Assembly: GCA_021786945.1 (NCBI GenBank)
Contig: JAJYMK010000003.1
Span: forward strand, 240,361-304,360
Reading direction: 5' to 3'
Source: a bacterium
GTDB taxonomy: Bacteria; Patescibacteriota; Minisyncoccia; UBA6257; 02-FULL-45-10c
DNA: 64,000 bases
Shown: positions 1 to 10,019 of the stretch, one piece after another
Position numbering within the stretch: the first letter of the stretch is position 1
How the letters are laid out: each line of letters starts with the position of its first letter
Made by a program: the position numbers and the translations under genes
The notes under the pieces: model-generated
The model's database searches: none
Seen by the model: only the letters and a program-made list of their open reading frames with translations
What the model was told of the DNA's origin: nothing

Positions 1-17
1 TGGAATCATAAAAATAA

Positions 18-1865
18 TTATTGATTGGTATTTTTACTTAATCTATTTAAATAATACCACTCCATAACATCTTTCGCGACCGGAACGGCATTCAGACTTC
101 CCTCTTTGGCATTTTCAATAAGCACTAAAACAGCTATCTCCGGTTTTTCCAAAGGCATATAGCCTACAAAAAAGGCGTTTGTTTTCGTATTATTGGAAAC
201 CTGAGAACTTCCGGTTTTTGCCCCGATACTTACGGGTATACTGCTGAGCATATTTGCCGTGCCATATGATTTCTCCACAGCATCATTCATACCTTTTTTA
301 ATTTCTTTTATATAATTCCCTAAATTACTAAAATCTATTAGGACCTCGCTATTTGATTCCTTCAATAAATGCGGCTTATAAAAATATCCTCCATTTCCTA
401 TTGCGGAAATCTGGGAAAGCAATTGAATTGGTGTAACCAAAAGATCGCCTTGGCCAATACTTACATTGTAAGTGTCACCTATTCTCCAAATATCGTTTTT
501 CTTTGCTTCTTTTTGGGCTGGATCTGGTAAAAATCCCTCAGCCTCATTTGGTAAATCAATGCCTGTTTTTTTACCCAATCCGAATTTCTGCCAATATTCT
601 TTTAACTTATCTATCCCTAAGCCTTTTATATCTTCAAATCCTCCGCCAACTTCATAAAAATAAATATTGCACGATTTAGCTATGGCAGAATAAAGATCAA
701 CCCAACCATTGGCTTTCCAGTCTACGAATCTGCTGGGATGCGCCGGATCGTAGGGATTGGGAATTTCAATGTATCCCGTAGAAAGTATTTGCTTGGTCGG
801 ATTTATTATGCCTTCGGCCAATGCCGCCAATCCAACCATTGGTTTTACCGTTGAAGCAGGAGTAAAAACTCCGGAAATAGCTTTATTGAAAAGCGGTTTA
901 TAAACTGAATTTAAGATTTTATTTTTTTCCGCATTATTTCCAGGTTTCGAAAAAACATTATTATCAAAACTTGGCAAACTTACCAAAGAAAGAACTTCCC
1001 CGTTTTGAGGATTAATAGCTAAACCAACAGCAGAGTTTCTTCCTAAGGTTATCAAGGCCTGATTTAGTCGTTCATAAAAATAATTTTGAAGATCGGCATC
1101 TATAGTAAGAGTCACATCTTTTCCGTTTTGCGGCTCATTAACTGCCTTTTTATCAAAAATATTGCCCCTAACATCCCTATAAGCGACCGTTATCCCGTCT
1201 TTTCCCTTTAAAATATCGTTATAATAAGCCTCTATGCCCGTTTTACCCACAATATCATTACTTGAATTATCCATACCCGTATAACCCAAAATATGCGAAA
1301 ATACAGGTCCATCAATATAATCCCTCCTATAGTCATCTATAATATCCACACCCTTAAGATTGAGTGCTTTTAATTTTATTATCTTTTCCGAATCTATATC
1401 CCTAGCCAAAATAAAAGATGCCGATTTTTCAATATCTTGAGCATAAATTTTTACATCAAGATCTGATTTGGAAATTTCCATTATTTCCAAAAAATTATTT
1501 ATATCATTTTCGCTATTTCCTAAAAAATCTTTTATCTTTAAAGACACTGCGAAGGCCGGTACATTTTCAACTAAAGGTTTTCCGTAACGATCATAAATAA
1601 TTCCCCTATTAGCAGGATTATAAATTTCCTTACCAACATTCGCCTCCGATCTTAAAGCATAAAAATTACCTTTAAATTCCGATAGATAAATAATCCTGGA
1701 AAAAATTAATATGCCAATTAAAGCAGTCATACCCATAACCAGCAAAAAAGCCTTTTTTGAGAGTGGTAATTCCAGATGATTGAGTTTTTTGTGCGAAGAA
1801 AAACTATCAAAAACAGACTCTTCAAAAAAAACTTCTTCTTTTGTTGAAAAATTATTTTTTTTCAT
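18..1865 (-). CDS. mrdA: Penicillin-binding protein 2 / peptidoglycan D,D-transpeptidase (elongasome PBP)
   Basis: 615 aa with an N-terminal TM anchor. It carries the transpeptidase motifs SxxK (ASTVKP), SxN (KSCN) and KTG (GAKTGS). It lies directly downstream of mreBCD, the classic mreBCD-mrdA arrangement. Confidence 0.8.
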   Translation of the reverse strand: MKKNNFSTKEEVFFEESVFDSFSSHKKLNHLELPLSKKAFLLVMGMTALIGILIFSRIIYLSEFKGNFYALRSEANVGKEIYNPANRGIIYDRYGKPLVENVPAFAVSLKIKDFLGNSENDINNFLEIMEISKSDLDVKIYAQDIEKSASFILARDIDSEKIIKLKALNLKGVDIIDDYRRDYIDGPVFSHILGYTGMDNSSNDIVGKTGIEAYYNDILKGKDGITVAYRDVRGNIFDKKAVNEPQNGKDVTLTIDADLQNYFYERLNQALITLGRNSAVGLAINPQNGEVLSLVSLPSFDNNVFSKPGNNAEKNKILNSVYKPLFNKAISGVFTPASTVKPMVGLAALAEGIINPTKQILSTGYIEIPNPYDPAHPSRFVDWKANGWVDLYSAIAKSCNIYFYEVGGGFEDIKGLGIDKLKEYWQKFGLGKKTGIDLPNEAEGFLPDPAQKEAKKNDIWRIGDTYNVSIGQGDLLVTPIQLLSQISAIGNGGYFYKPHLLKESNSEVLIDFSNLGNYIKEIKKGMNDAVEKSYGTANMLSSIPVSIGAKTGSSQVSNNTKTNAFFVGYMPLEKPEIAVLVLIENAKEGSLNAVPVAKDVMEWYYLNRLSKNTNQ

Positions 1866-1871
1866 ATGAAG

Positions 1872-2318
1872 CTAAAAAGGATTTTTTATTAAAAATGAGA
1901 AGATTAGACCGGCTATAAAATTAAAAATCAATTCTTTGATAAAAACATTAAAATTGTTGAATATAAATAATGGATCAATCAGTAAATAAAATACCGGGGT
2001 TAAAAAAAGTATTAATAATAAAATCGAGAAAAAGGCATGTTCGGAGAATAATATTTTAGAATAATAAGCCAGAATCATAATGGCGCCGAAGATTATCAAT
2101 TCTTTGGAAAAAATACTGAAATAATTCAAAAAAAATAAAGAAATTATTACGAGTACAATGTATTGCCAAAAATCTTTAACGGAAAAAATAGAAATGATTA
2201 AAAACACCAATATCAGGTTTGGTTTAATCCCGGCAAAAGATATAAGATTGAGGCTTTGCAACAAACTTATTGCCGCAATTAAAAATATATCTAATACAAA
2301 TCCAATTTTCTCAGACAT
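1872..2318 (-). CDS. mreD: Rod shape-determining protein MreD (polytopic membrane protein)
   Basis: 148 aa, almost entirely hydrophobic helices. The call rests on position, immediately after mreC and before PBP2; there is no strong sequence signature. Confidence 0.5.
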   Translation of the reverse strand: MSEKIGFVLDIFLIAAISLLQSLNLISFAGIKPNLILVFLIISIFSVKDFWQYIVLVIISLFFLNYFSIFSKELIIFGAIMILAYYSKILFSEHAFFSILLLILFLTPVFYLLIDPLFIFNNFNVFIKELIFNFIAGLIFSFLIKNPF

Positions 2319-2321
2319 AAT

Positions 2322-3002
2322 CTATTTATTTAAAACTTCAAAATTTTTTATAACAAATACATCTTCCAAGGAGCCGATGCTATAATCGGTTTTCAAAAAT
2401 GCTTTTTTAAAAGGCTCGGCGGCATTTTCGGAATTTATTATCTGGATTTCTCCCAATTTAAAACCATAGGGAAAATTCTGATCGGCGTTATAAACAATAT
2501 CGCCATTTTTAATATTTTTATTTTTCTCGATCATTTCAAGGGTCGGTGGCAATCCACCCCTCAAAAGAGCATTAACTTTATTATCGCCAATTTTAACCGC
2601 TATATTAAAATTATTGTCGAATATAGTTCTAACCAAGCTAGCGTTTTGATTAATCTTTATAATCTGACCTAATAGTATATTGGCAGCGGAAACCACAACT
2701 TGATTTACAGCTAGCCCATCATTTATTCCCGCATTAATAGCTATAAGACTCTGATTATTGAATGGGTAATTAGAAAAAACTTTTGTATTAAAATAATCCC
2801 AAGTATTTTCCCTAATTTCTTTTCCCGATAAATTTTCATTAATAAATATCTGAGCTTTTAAAGAATCGTTTTCTAATTCAAGCTTAGAAATTTCACTCTG
2901 AACATTGGCAGATGACAATATTTTTTCTTTAATAAAATTCAAATTTGAACCAAATAATGCGATTATCAGTATCACAAGTATTGCAATTCTAATTAAGTTC
3001 AT
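2322..3002 (-). CDS. mreC: Rod shape-determining protein MreC
   Basis: 226 aa with an N-terminal TM, a coiled-coil segment and a beta-rich C-terminal domain. It sits between mreB and mreD. Confidence 0.65.
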   Translation of the reverse strand: MNLIRIAILVILIIALFGSNLNFIKEKILSSANVQSEISKLELENDSLKAQIFINENLSGKEIRENTWDYFNTKVFSNYPFNNQSLIAINAGINDGLAVNQVVVSAANILLGQIIKINQNASLVRTIFDNNFNIAVKIGDNKVNALLRGGLPPTLEMIEKNKNIKNGDIVYNADQNFPYGFKLGEIQIINSENAAEPFKKAFLKTDYSIGSLEDVFVIKNFEVLNK

Positions 3003-3016
3003 AAATTAAGCCGGGA

Positions 3017-4063
3017 TTATATTTTAATCTCTTTTGGCCTTAAAGGATTATTTAAAAGATATGAATACTTATTTAAGTTTTCGGCAATCATTCCGGCGCC
3101 CCTGGCTACGCAAGTAAGCGGATCATCAACAATTGTAGTGGAAACAGTTATTTCTTTTTCTATTAATTTATCAATTCCTTTTAGGAGACTACCGCCGCCA
3201 CAAATATAGATGCCTCTTCTGAGAACATCACCAACTAATTCCGGTGGAGTAGTTTCTACAATTTCCTTTACTGAATCAACAATTGTTTTCAATGATTTAG
3301 AAATCGCAGCTCTTACATGAGTATCGCGCACAATAACTTCCCGCGGTAACCCGGTAGCCATATCCCTTCCCCTAATTGGTAAATCCATTTTTTGTTCTAG
3401 TGGCAAAGCTGAGCCTATATTTATTTTTAATTCTTCCGCGGTTGGTTCTCCAATAGCTAAATGGAACTCGTCTCTTATAAATCTCACAATATCATCGTTT
3501 AATTTATCTCCTGCAGTTTTTATACTTTTGGCATTCACGATTCCCCCCATTGAAATAACGGCTATTTCAGTTGTTCCTCCGCCTATATCTATAATTAAAT
3601 TAGAAGTAGGTTCATCAATTGGCATTTTCGCGCCCAAAGCAGCGGCCAAAGGCTCTTCAATAATATATGCCTTGCTGGCTCCGGCGCCTATTATGGCGTC
3701 TTCAACCGATTTTCTTTCAACTTCTGTAAGATTACTCGGAACTCCAATAACGGCTTTATTGTAATTAAAAAAATTAGAAGAGCCCAGTGTCTTTTTCAAT
3801 AAAAATCTCAGCATCTCTTGGGTCATTTCGAAATCAGAAATAACACCATTTATAAGGGGTCTTATGACAGTAATATGCAGAGGTGTTCTGCCAATCATTT
3901 TTTTAGCTTCTTCACCTATGGCTACAATTTGTCCGGTTTTATTATTTACTGCGGCGATTGACGGCTCGTTAATAACAATTCCTTTTCCGGCCAAATAAAT
4001 CAAAGAGTTGGCTGTGCCAAGATCTATGCCTATATTTCTTGAAAAATAATCGAATAGTTTCAT
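3017..4063 (-). CDS. mreB: Rod shape-determining protein MreB (actin homolog)
   Basis: 348 aa. It has the phosphate-1 motif IGIDLGTANSLIY and further actin-fold motifs (DIGGGTTEIAV, a GGGS-like segment). It is the first gene of mreBCD. Confidence 0.9.
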   Translation of the reverse strand: MKLFDYFSRNIGIDLGTANSLIYLAGKGIVINEPSIAAVNNKTGQIVAIGEEAKKMIGRTPLHITVIRPLINGVISDFEMTQEMLRFLLKKTLGSSNFFNYNKAVIGVPSNLTEVERKSVEDAIIGAGASKAYIIEEPLAAALGAKMPIDEPTSNLIIDIGGGTTEIAVISMGGIVNAKSIKTAGDKLNDDIVRFIRDEFHLAIGEPTAEELKINIGSALPLEQKMDLPIRGRDMATGLPREVIVRDTHVRAAISKSLKTIVDSVKEIVETTPPELVGDVLRRGIYICGGGSLLKGIDKLIEKEITVSTTIVDDPLTCVARGAGMIAENLNKYSYLLNNPLRPKEIKI

Positions 4064-4065
4064 TT

Positions 4066-5319
4066 TTATTTTTGTAGTAATTTAATTAATTGCTTTTCGG
4101 AAACCATACTGACTTTTTTTGAATTTCTGGGTTTTAGCTCCATTTTTTTCTGCGCTAAAGTTTTTTCACTAATAATTACCCTATTCGGAATTCCGATTAA
4201 GTCGGCATCGTTTAATTTTTCACCGACGGATAAATCCCTGTCGTCATAAAGCACATCTATGCCGGCTTTATTTAATTTTTCATATAAAGATTTACAGGCT
4301 TTTTGTACTTTAGAAGGATTTTTGCCTTTCAATTCAACCAAATGAACTTTAAAAGGCGCAATATTTTCCGGCCAAATAATGCCATATTCATCGCTAAATT
4401 CTTCAACTATAGTACCCATAACTCTTGTTGGTCCTATTCCGTAAGAACCCATGATAACCGGCTTCTTTTCACCTTTTTCGTTAAGAAAATTTAATCCAAA
4501 AGCCTCGGTAAATTTGGTTCCCAATTTAAAAACGTTGGCAACCTCAATGGATCTTCCCGATTCAATTTGTCCATCACAATCTTTATGAGCCTCCGGTTTA
4601 TAAATCTCTTGATTCTGGCTAAAGCCGCATTTTTGGCAATAAAAAACAGTATCTTCTCCGGCAGGATTCAAAACCTGAAATTCATGTGTATATTCTTTCG
4701 TGAAAGCTCCCCCGCTGGCTTCGGTAACCAAGAACTTAAGACCTAAGCGTTTAAATATTTTTTTATAGGCACCGATTACTTTTTCGTAATATTTATCCAA
4801 ATCTTCTTTTGATTCATGGAAACTATACAGATCTTTCATGGAAAATTCTCTTCCGCGCAAAAGACCGGCCTGAGCTCTGGCCTCAGCCCTGAATTTTGTC
4901 TGGATCTGATATACAGCCTTAGGTAAATCTTTATAGGAATTTATAAATCTTGTGGCTATTGCAGTAACAACTTCTTCATGAGTCCAGCCTAAACCATATT
5001 CGAAATCTTTCTTTTCGCTGTCTGCCGGATTGGTGGAAGTTTTATAGATAACATCAACGGCCCACCTGTTTGATTTTTCCCAATATTTTTTTTGAATTAA
5101 AGACGGCATAAAAAGCTCTTCGGCACCGATAGCATTCATCTCCTCTCTGATAATTGTGTTGATTTTATTTAGAACTTTTAAACCCAAGGGCAATAAAGAA
5201 TAAACTCCGGCTGACGATTTATCTATAAATCCGCCCTTAAGTAAAAATTGGGCATTTTTGGATGCCTCGCTTTCCGAAAGTTTTTTGGAAGTCTTTGAAA
5301 ATAATTGAGATTGTTTCAT
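4066..5319 (-). CDS. proS: Prolyl-tRNA synthetase (compact form lacking the bacterial INS editing insertion)
   Basis: The N-terminus MKQSQLF...LLKGGFIDKSSAGVYSLLPLGLKVLNKI matches the ProS N-terminus, and class II aaRS motifs are present. The start was moved to the internal ATG at 5317-5319 by homology, because the tracked ORF begins 17 codons upstream. 417 aa is shorter than canonical bacterial ProS. Confidence 0.8.
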   Translation of the reverse strand: MKQSQLFSKTSKKLSESEASKNAQFLLKGGFIDKSSAGVYSLLPLGLKVLNKINTIIREEMNAIGAEELFMPSLIQKKYWEKSNRWAVDVIYKTSTNPADSEKKDFEYGLGWTHEEVVTAIATRFINSYKDLPKAVYQIQTKFRAEARAQAGLLRGREFSMKDLYSFHESKEDLDKYYEKVIGAYKKIFKRLGLKFLVTEASGGAFTKEYTHEFQVLNPAGEDTVFYCQKCGFSQNQEIYKPEAHKDCDGQIESGRSIEVANVFKLGTKFTEAFGLNFLNEKGEKKPVIMGSYGIGPTRVMGTIVEEFSDEYGIIWPENIAPFKVHLVELKGKNPSKVQKACKSLYEKLNKAGIDVLYDDRDLSVGEKLNDADLIGIPNRVIISEKTLAQKKMELKPRNSKKVSMVSEKQLIKLLQK

Positions 5320-5376
5320 GTAAATGTCTATTAATATTTTAAGCGAAAAGGCATAATAAATCCAGGGCAAATTTTA

Positions 5377-6396
5377 TCAAAAAAGATTGATTAAATCTTT
5401 AATCGTAGTAGCCAATAGCAAAGAAAAAAGGATAAAAAATCCAAAACCATTCAATATCATTTCCAATTTCGGACTTACCGGTGATCCTTTTATTTTTTCT
5501 ATAAGAACTATCAAAAACCATCCCCCGTCCAGCATCGGAAATGGAAAGAAATTAAAAACAATCAAGTTTATGGAAAGATAAGCCAAGAGCTGCAAAAAGA
5601 AAACAAAGCCAGCTTTAGAAACCAAAGATCCCATAGCAAACAAACCCACGGGGCTCATCAAATTCTGAAATACGGAAATATCAGTAAATATTCTGGCAAA
5701 CAAAGATATATATCCCTTTAAATAACTCCAAACCAAAATACACGAATTCAGAAAGCCATCAGACAGACTTTTCCATATCCCGGTTTTTTCTACACCGGTT
5801 TCCGCATAATATATTCCCAAGATTTCTTTATTCTCTGATTTCTGAGAAGGAAGAACAACTTTTATTTGTTTTTGTGTTCCGTCTCTTTTTACATTAAATC
5901 CAATTTCTTTGCCTAAATTTTTTTGTAAATAAGCATTAAACTCATCGGAATTATTAAAGCCAGTAATCAAATCGCCTTTCTGGAAGCCGGATAAGGCCGC
6001 CAAGCTACCAGCTTTTATATCCGAAACAAAAATTCCCTTAGGAACTCCAATAAACATCACGAGGCTAAGCAAAAACCATCCAAGTAAAAAATTAACTAGG
6101 ATACCGCCGGCAATTATCAAGGCCTTTTTATAAAAACTTTGTCTTATAAAACTAGCAGAAGATGGCAAGTCTTTTCTTTCTATTTCCGGTCTTAGTCCAT
6201 TTATTTTCACAAAACCACCCCACAAAATCCAATTAAAACTATAAACTGTTTCTTTTATTTTTTTACTAAATATTTTTGGCGGAAATCCAATTCCAAATTC
6301 TTCAATAGCGACACCAAAAAATTTAGCCATTAAGAAATGACCCAATTCGTGCATGATAACAACCAGCGAAAGTCCCAAAAATACGAAAATTCCCAT
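5377..6396 (-). CDS. rseP: Site-2 protease RseP (M50 zinc metalloprotease with PDZ domain)
   Basis: The HExxH motif (HELGHF) sits in a TM helix. It is a polytopic membrane protein with a central PDZ-like segment. rseP-proS adjacency is conserved. Confidence 0.8.
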   Translation of the reverse strand: MGIFVFLGLSLVVIMHELGHFLMAKFFGVAIEEFGIGFPPKIFSKKIKETVYSFNWILWGGFVKINGLRPEIERKDLPSSASFIRQSFYKKALIIAGGILVNFLLGWFLLSLVMFIGVPKGIFVSDIKAGSLAALSGFQKGDLITGFNNSDEFNAYLQKNLGKEIGFNVKRDGTQKQIKVVLPSQKSENKEILGIYYAETGVEKTGIWKSLSDGFLNSCILVWSYLKGYISLFARIFTDISVFQNLMSPVGLFAMGSLVSKAGFVFFLQLLAYLSINLIVFNFFPFPMLDGGWFLIVLIEKIKGSPVSPKLEMILNGFGFFILFSLLLATTIKDLINLF

Positions 6397-6480
6397 ATCC
6401 CTTATATTTTAATTGATTTTTTGATTTGAAGGTAGTAGTATATTACACAGCTCGTTAATCTGTTTTGAAAGGAGAAAAAA

Positions 6481-6744
6481 ATGACTCCAATAAAAGACGG
6501 GAGGATGCAAAGATTCATAGGAATCGATATCACACTGCACTTCAAAAAAGGCACATCGGCAAAAATCGGTGACGGTTTAGTTATAACTGACGGAGAAAAA
6601 GTTCATATCTGGACCGGAAAACAAACTGATGGTAAAAACTTTCTTATACCGGCCGAACCGGTAAAAGAACTCGATGTTAAAAAACTCGAAAAAGCCACTT
6701 ATCGCAACAAAAACAATGGTAATTTCGAAACCTTCCGTTTCTAA
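6481..6744 (+). CDS. Hypothetical small protein (87 aa)
   Basis: A strong SD (aaaggag) lies 8 nt upstream of the ATG, and the gene is followed by a hairpin terminator. I recognise no domain. It is the only plus-strand gene within about 11 kb. Confidence 0.45.
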   Translation: MTPIKDGRMQRFIGIDITLHFKKGTSAKIGDGLVITDGEKVHIWTGKQTDGKNFLIPAEPVKELDVKKLEKATYRNKNNGNFETFRF

Positions 6745-6747
6745 ACA

Positions 6748-6783
6748 AAAACCCCTTGGTTAATTCCAAGGGGTTTTATTTTT
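6748..6783. terminator. Bidirectional rho-independent terminator
   Basis: A 9-bp perfect stem (accccttgg / ccaaggggt) with a 6-nt loop, an A-run before it and a T-run after. It lies between the convergent 87-aa gene and frr. Confidence 0.55.
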
Positions 6784-7330
6784 ACTCTAGTATTTCTTTT
6801 ATTTTTGAATCCATCATTTTTTCAACTTCCCCATTATACCTGTCGATGACTTTCTGGACATCCTCTTTTTTCTTAAAAGCTATATCTTCGGAAAAGGCAC
6901 CCTCTTCTTCGGTTCTTTTGATTACTTTATTGGATTCATCCCTGGCCCCCCTGATTCTGATTTTGGTATCCTCGGTTATTTTTTTGACTACCTTTTCAAG
7001 TTCTTTTTTGCGTTCTTCGGTTAAAGCCGGTAGATTTACCCTAATTAAACTCCCATCTATACTAGCTGAAATTTTCAAAGAAGATTCCTCTATTGCCTTG
7101 GCAACGGCAGTAGCCACTCCCCGGTCCCAAACCGAAATATCTATTTCGCGCGGCGGCACAATAGAAATAGAACCAAGAGCCTTAATCGGAGTCATTTGGC
7201 CATAATAATCAACTTTAATATCCTCCACCATTCTTGCGGAAGGCCTACTACTCCTGATAGTCTGAAATTCCACTCTTAACGATTCTAAGAGTCCTTTTAA
7301 TTTGTTTTCAAGATCTTTTATTATATCCAT
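6782..7330 (-). CDS. frr: Ribosome recycling factor
   Basis: 182 aa, colinear with RRF. The segments VDYYGQMTPIKALGSISI and LPALTEERKKELEKVVKKITE are conserved. Confidence 0.9.
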   Translation of the reverse strand: MDIIKDLENKLKGLLESLRVEFQTIRSSRPSARMVEDIKVDYYGQMTPIKALGSISIVPPREIDISVWDRGVATAVAKAIEESSLKISASIDGSLIRVNLPALTEERKKELEKVVKKITEDTKIRIRGARDESNKVIKRTEEEGAFSEDIAFKKKEDVQKVIDRYNGEVEKMMDSKIKEILE

Positions 7331-7429
7331 GGTTAAATATTACAAACTTGTGGCAAAAAATAAATTAAAACTGCCAAGAAAAACACAACAAGTAAAAAGA
7401 AAAATGCCTTATCCATTTTTTGTTATTTA

Positions 7430-8248
7430 TTAATTAGTTATAGCTTCTAACTGCAATCGTTTGTTAACATTATAGCTTTTTATCAAAAATAGTCTACTCA
7501 GAATGGATTTGATAAGCCTATTATTTTTAACCGGATCTTTTCTTAGTTTATAAATTAATAATTCAAAAAATTGATCCAAAATTTCCGGTTTTTCCTTCTG
7601 ATCTTCAATAAAGTTTTTAATAAACTGGGACTTGGCATAACCCGACAATTGAAGATAATTCTTAACCAATAATTCTATTTCCGAATAATCTTTTTCTGTC
7701 AGATCTATGGCCCTGCCGGGCCTACCTGAAGCCATCGCAACGATTTCTTCGGCCCTATCTTTTTTTAAACCTTTTTCTTTAATTAAAAATTCGGTTAATT
7801 CATTTTTAGAAATTGCAGAAAAATAAACTTTTTGCAGCCTGGATAATATCGGCGGTAAAATATTATCTAAATTATTAACTATTAAAACTATTAATGAATT
7901 TTCCGGCGGTTCCTCGGTAATTTTCAATATGGCATTTTGAGCTTCCGTAGTTAGCATTTCGGCTCTGTCTATAATAACCATTCTTTTTACGGAATTAACC
8001 GGTTTCTGCCACAAAAAATTCTTTATTTCCTTAACTGTATCAATGCCATTATCTTTTATAACCAAACATTCAGAAACGGCTGTTTTGGGAATTTCAAAAA
8101 CTTTATTCTCCAAAAAATTGGCTAAAGACATCGAAAAGGTAAACTTCCCTACTTGATTTTCTCCAAAAAAAATATACCCATGTGATAATTTTCCGGCTTC
8201 GGCTAATTTTTTAAAATCTTTTAATAAATGAGAGTTTCCTAAAAACAT
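7430..8248 (-). CDS. holB: DNA polymerase III delta-prime subunit-like AAA+ protein
   Basis: The P-loop is degenerate (GENQVGKFTF), as in delta-prime. Sensor and box motifs (IIDRAEML, SRLQKV) are present. Length is 272 aa. Confidence 0.65.
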   Translation of the reverse strand: MFLGNSHLLKDFKKLAEAGKLSHGYIFFGENQVGKFTFSMSLANFLENKVFEIPKTAVSECLVIKDNGIDTVKEIKNFLWQKPVNSVKRMVIIDRAEMLTTEAQNAILKITEEPPENSLIVLIVNNLDNILPPILSRLQKVYFSAISKNELTEFLIKEKGLKKDRAEEIVAMASGRPGRAIDLTEKDYSEIELLVKNYLQLSGYAKSQFIKNFIEDQKEKPEILDQFFELLIYKLRKDPVKNNRLIKSILSRLFLIKSYNVNKRLQLEAITN

Positions 8249-8252
8249 AAAA

Positions 8253-8987
8253 TTATTCCCCCCAAATTTCCTTTAAAGTTTTTTTGACTAATAGGTCAAC
8301 GTCCTTTCTGGCTAAATTAATTTTTTCCTGAATATCTTTTATTTCATCCTGTTCGGCGGATAAATCTTTGATAAATGGAATGGCATATGATTGCGCATGG
8401 GCATCTTTTACCACACCATTTAATTCCGGTTTATCATAAAAAGCAGGAGGAATGTCCTCGTAAGTATTATCCAAACTTAAGTCTCCATATAAAAATCTCG
8501 ATATTTCCGGAATTTTTATTTTTTCTTTATTAGAAATAAAAGCGGCAACATCAAAAGTCATACCAAGATTATTCAAAATTTCGGACATTCGTTCCATGCT
8601 TTTTCCGGAAGAAATATATTCGGTAACAACCAAGGCTTTTTTATTATTTTCTGATTTTATTTTTTTTAAGGCTTCTTCCATTTCTTTTCTGTTTTCAACT
8701 TGGCCTCCGGCTATAAATCTAGTCACAACCTCCGAGTCGGAATCTTTTAATTCTGGGTGTAATTTTCTGCTTCTAGCATTAAAAACCCCCCTTAAAATTA
8801 GGGTTGGTATACGACCGCTGGCATCGTCTCCAATCAGAACATCGTATTCTCCCTTGTCTATATTTTCCTTAAGTTTTGCAACTAAAGAAAAGGTTAATGG
8901 TTCCAACTCTTTAAAAACATCCGGTAAAAAATAATCAGATTCTTTTTCCGGTGATTTTAAATTATTATTTTTTTCAAATTTTTCCAT
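8253..8987 (-). CDS. Phosphoribosyltransferase-fold (PRTase type I-like) domain protein, function unknown
   Basis: An acidic-hydrophobic PRPP-loop-like motif (KALVVTEYISSGKSM) and an upstream DVLIGDDASGRIP segment are present. I cannot assign a specific family. Confidence 0.4.
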   Translation of the reverse strand: MEKFEKNNNLKSPEKESDYFLPDVFKELEPLTFSLVAKLKENIDKGEYDVLIGDDASGRIPTLILRGVFNARSRKLHPELKDSDSEVVTRFIAGGQVENRKEMEEALKKIKSENNKKALVVTEYISSGKSMERMSEILNNLGMTFDVAAFISNKEKIKIPEISRFLYGDLSLDNTYEDIPPAFYDKPELNGVVKDAHAQSYAIPFIKDLSAEQDEIKDIQEKINLARKDVDLLVKKTLKEIWGE

Positions 8988-9001
8988 CTCAAAATTTACA
9001 A

Positions 9002-10009
9002 TTACCTTTTATTCAGCAAGGTTCTCTTGTAAACATCCAAGTGTGTCAAAATTATTCCTGCACCCTTAGCAACGCAGAATAATGGTTCGTCAGCTATATA
9101 AGTAGGAACCCCTGTCATTCTTTTGAAAAATTCATCTATATTTCTAAGTAAAGCACCTCCACCGGAAACAATGATTCCTTTCTCCATAATATCGGCAACT
9201 AATTCCGGGGGTGTTTCATTAAAAACGTTCTGGACCGAAGCGGCTATTTCAATAAGCTGAGGAGTTAAAGCTTCGGCAATTTCATTTGAATTTACAAGAA
9301 TATCTTTTGGAAGGCCGGAAACCAAATCCCTACCTCTTAGCTGATATTCCAATTTTTCTTTTATAGGTAAGGCTGAGCCAATCTCCATTTTAACTATTTC
9401 GGCTGTCTGTTCGCCGATGGCTAGAGAATATTTTTTCTTGATATAATCCATAATCACCTGATCGAATTTATTTCCGGCAATTCGCAAACTTGACCAAGAT
9501 ACTATACCGCCCAAAGAAACAACTGCCACCTCAGAAGTCCCGCCACCGATATTGATAATCATATTTCCCGAATATGCGTTAATCGGAATTCCCGCACCTA
9601 AAGCCGCTAAAATCGGTTCTTTTACGATATATGCTTCCTTTGCGCCGGCTTCTCTAGCGGCATTCATAACCGCCCTTCTTTCAGTCGGAGTTATTCCGGC
9701 CGGTGAAGAAATAACCACGTCGGGTTTAAACATATTGAATCTGCCATTGGCTTTTGAAATAAAATATTTCAACATGGCTTTTGTAATATAATAATCGGCA
9801 ATAACACCTTCTTTTAAAGGTCTGTAAGCCACAATATCTTCCGGGGTTCTGCCTATCATTTCCTTTGCTTCTCTTCCCACAGCCAAAACAGTATTGTCCG
9901 GAACGCTTAAGGCAACGATCGTTGGTTCATTAATAATAAATCCTTTTCCGGGAACAAAAACAATTGTATTTGCGGTACCTAGATCTATTCCTATTTTTCT
10001 GTTTAACAT
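9002..10009 (-). CDS. MreB/Mbl-like actin homolog (second paralog)
   Basis: 335 aa with IGIDLGTANTIVF and INIGGGTSEVAV; it is colinear with the mreB at 3017-4063. Confidence 0.85.
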   Translation of the reverse strand: MLNRKIGIDLGTANTIVFVPGKGFIINEPTIVALSVPDNTVLAVGREAKEMIGRTPEDIVAYRPLKEGVIADYYITKAMLKYFISKANGRFNMFKPDVVISSPAGITPTERRAVMNAAREAGAKEAYIVKEPILAALGAGIPINAYSGNMIINIGGGTSEVAVVSLGGIVSWSSLRIAGNKFDQVIMDYIKKKYSLAIGEQTAEIVKMEIGSALPIKEKLEYQLRGRDLVSGLPKDILVNSNEIAEALTPQLIEIAASVQNVFNETPPELVADIMEKGIIVSGGGALLRNIDEFFKRMTGVPTYIADEPLFCVAKGAGIILTHLDVYKRTLLNKR

Positions 10010-10019
10010 TTTTTAAAAA

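Noticed and set aside
3528-3764. Plus-strand ORFs embedded antisense in mreB, mreB2, murA, alaS, smc, dnaE, ppsA and other genes. Examples: 3528-3764, 9552-9791, 10423-10716, 20979-21236, 24642-24926, 31124-31792, 56048-56332.
   Set aside because: Each lies entirely inside a well-supported conserved gene on the opposite strand. The translations are low-complexity with no motifs. They are antisense-frame artefacts of AT-rich DNA.
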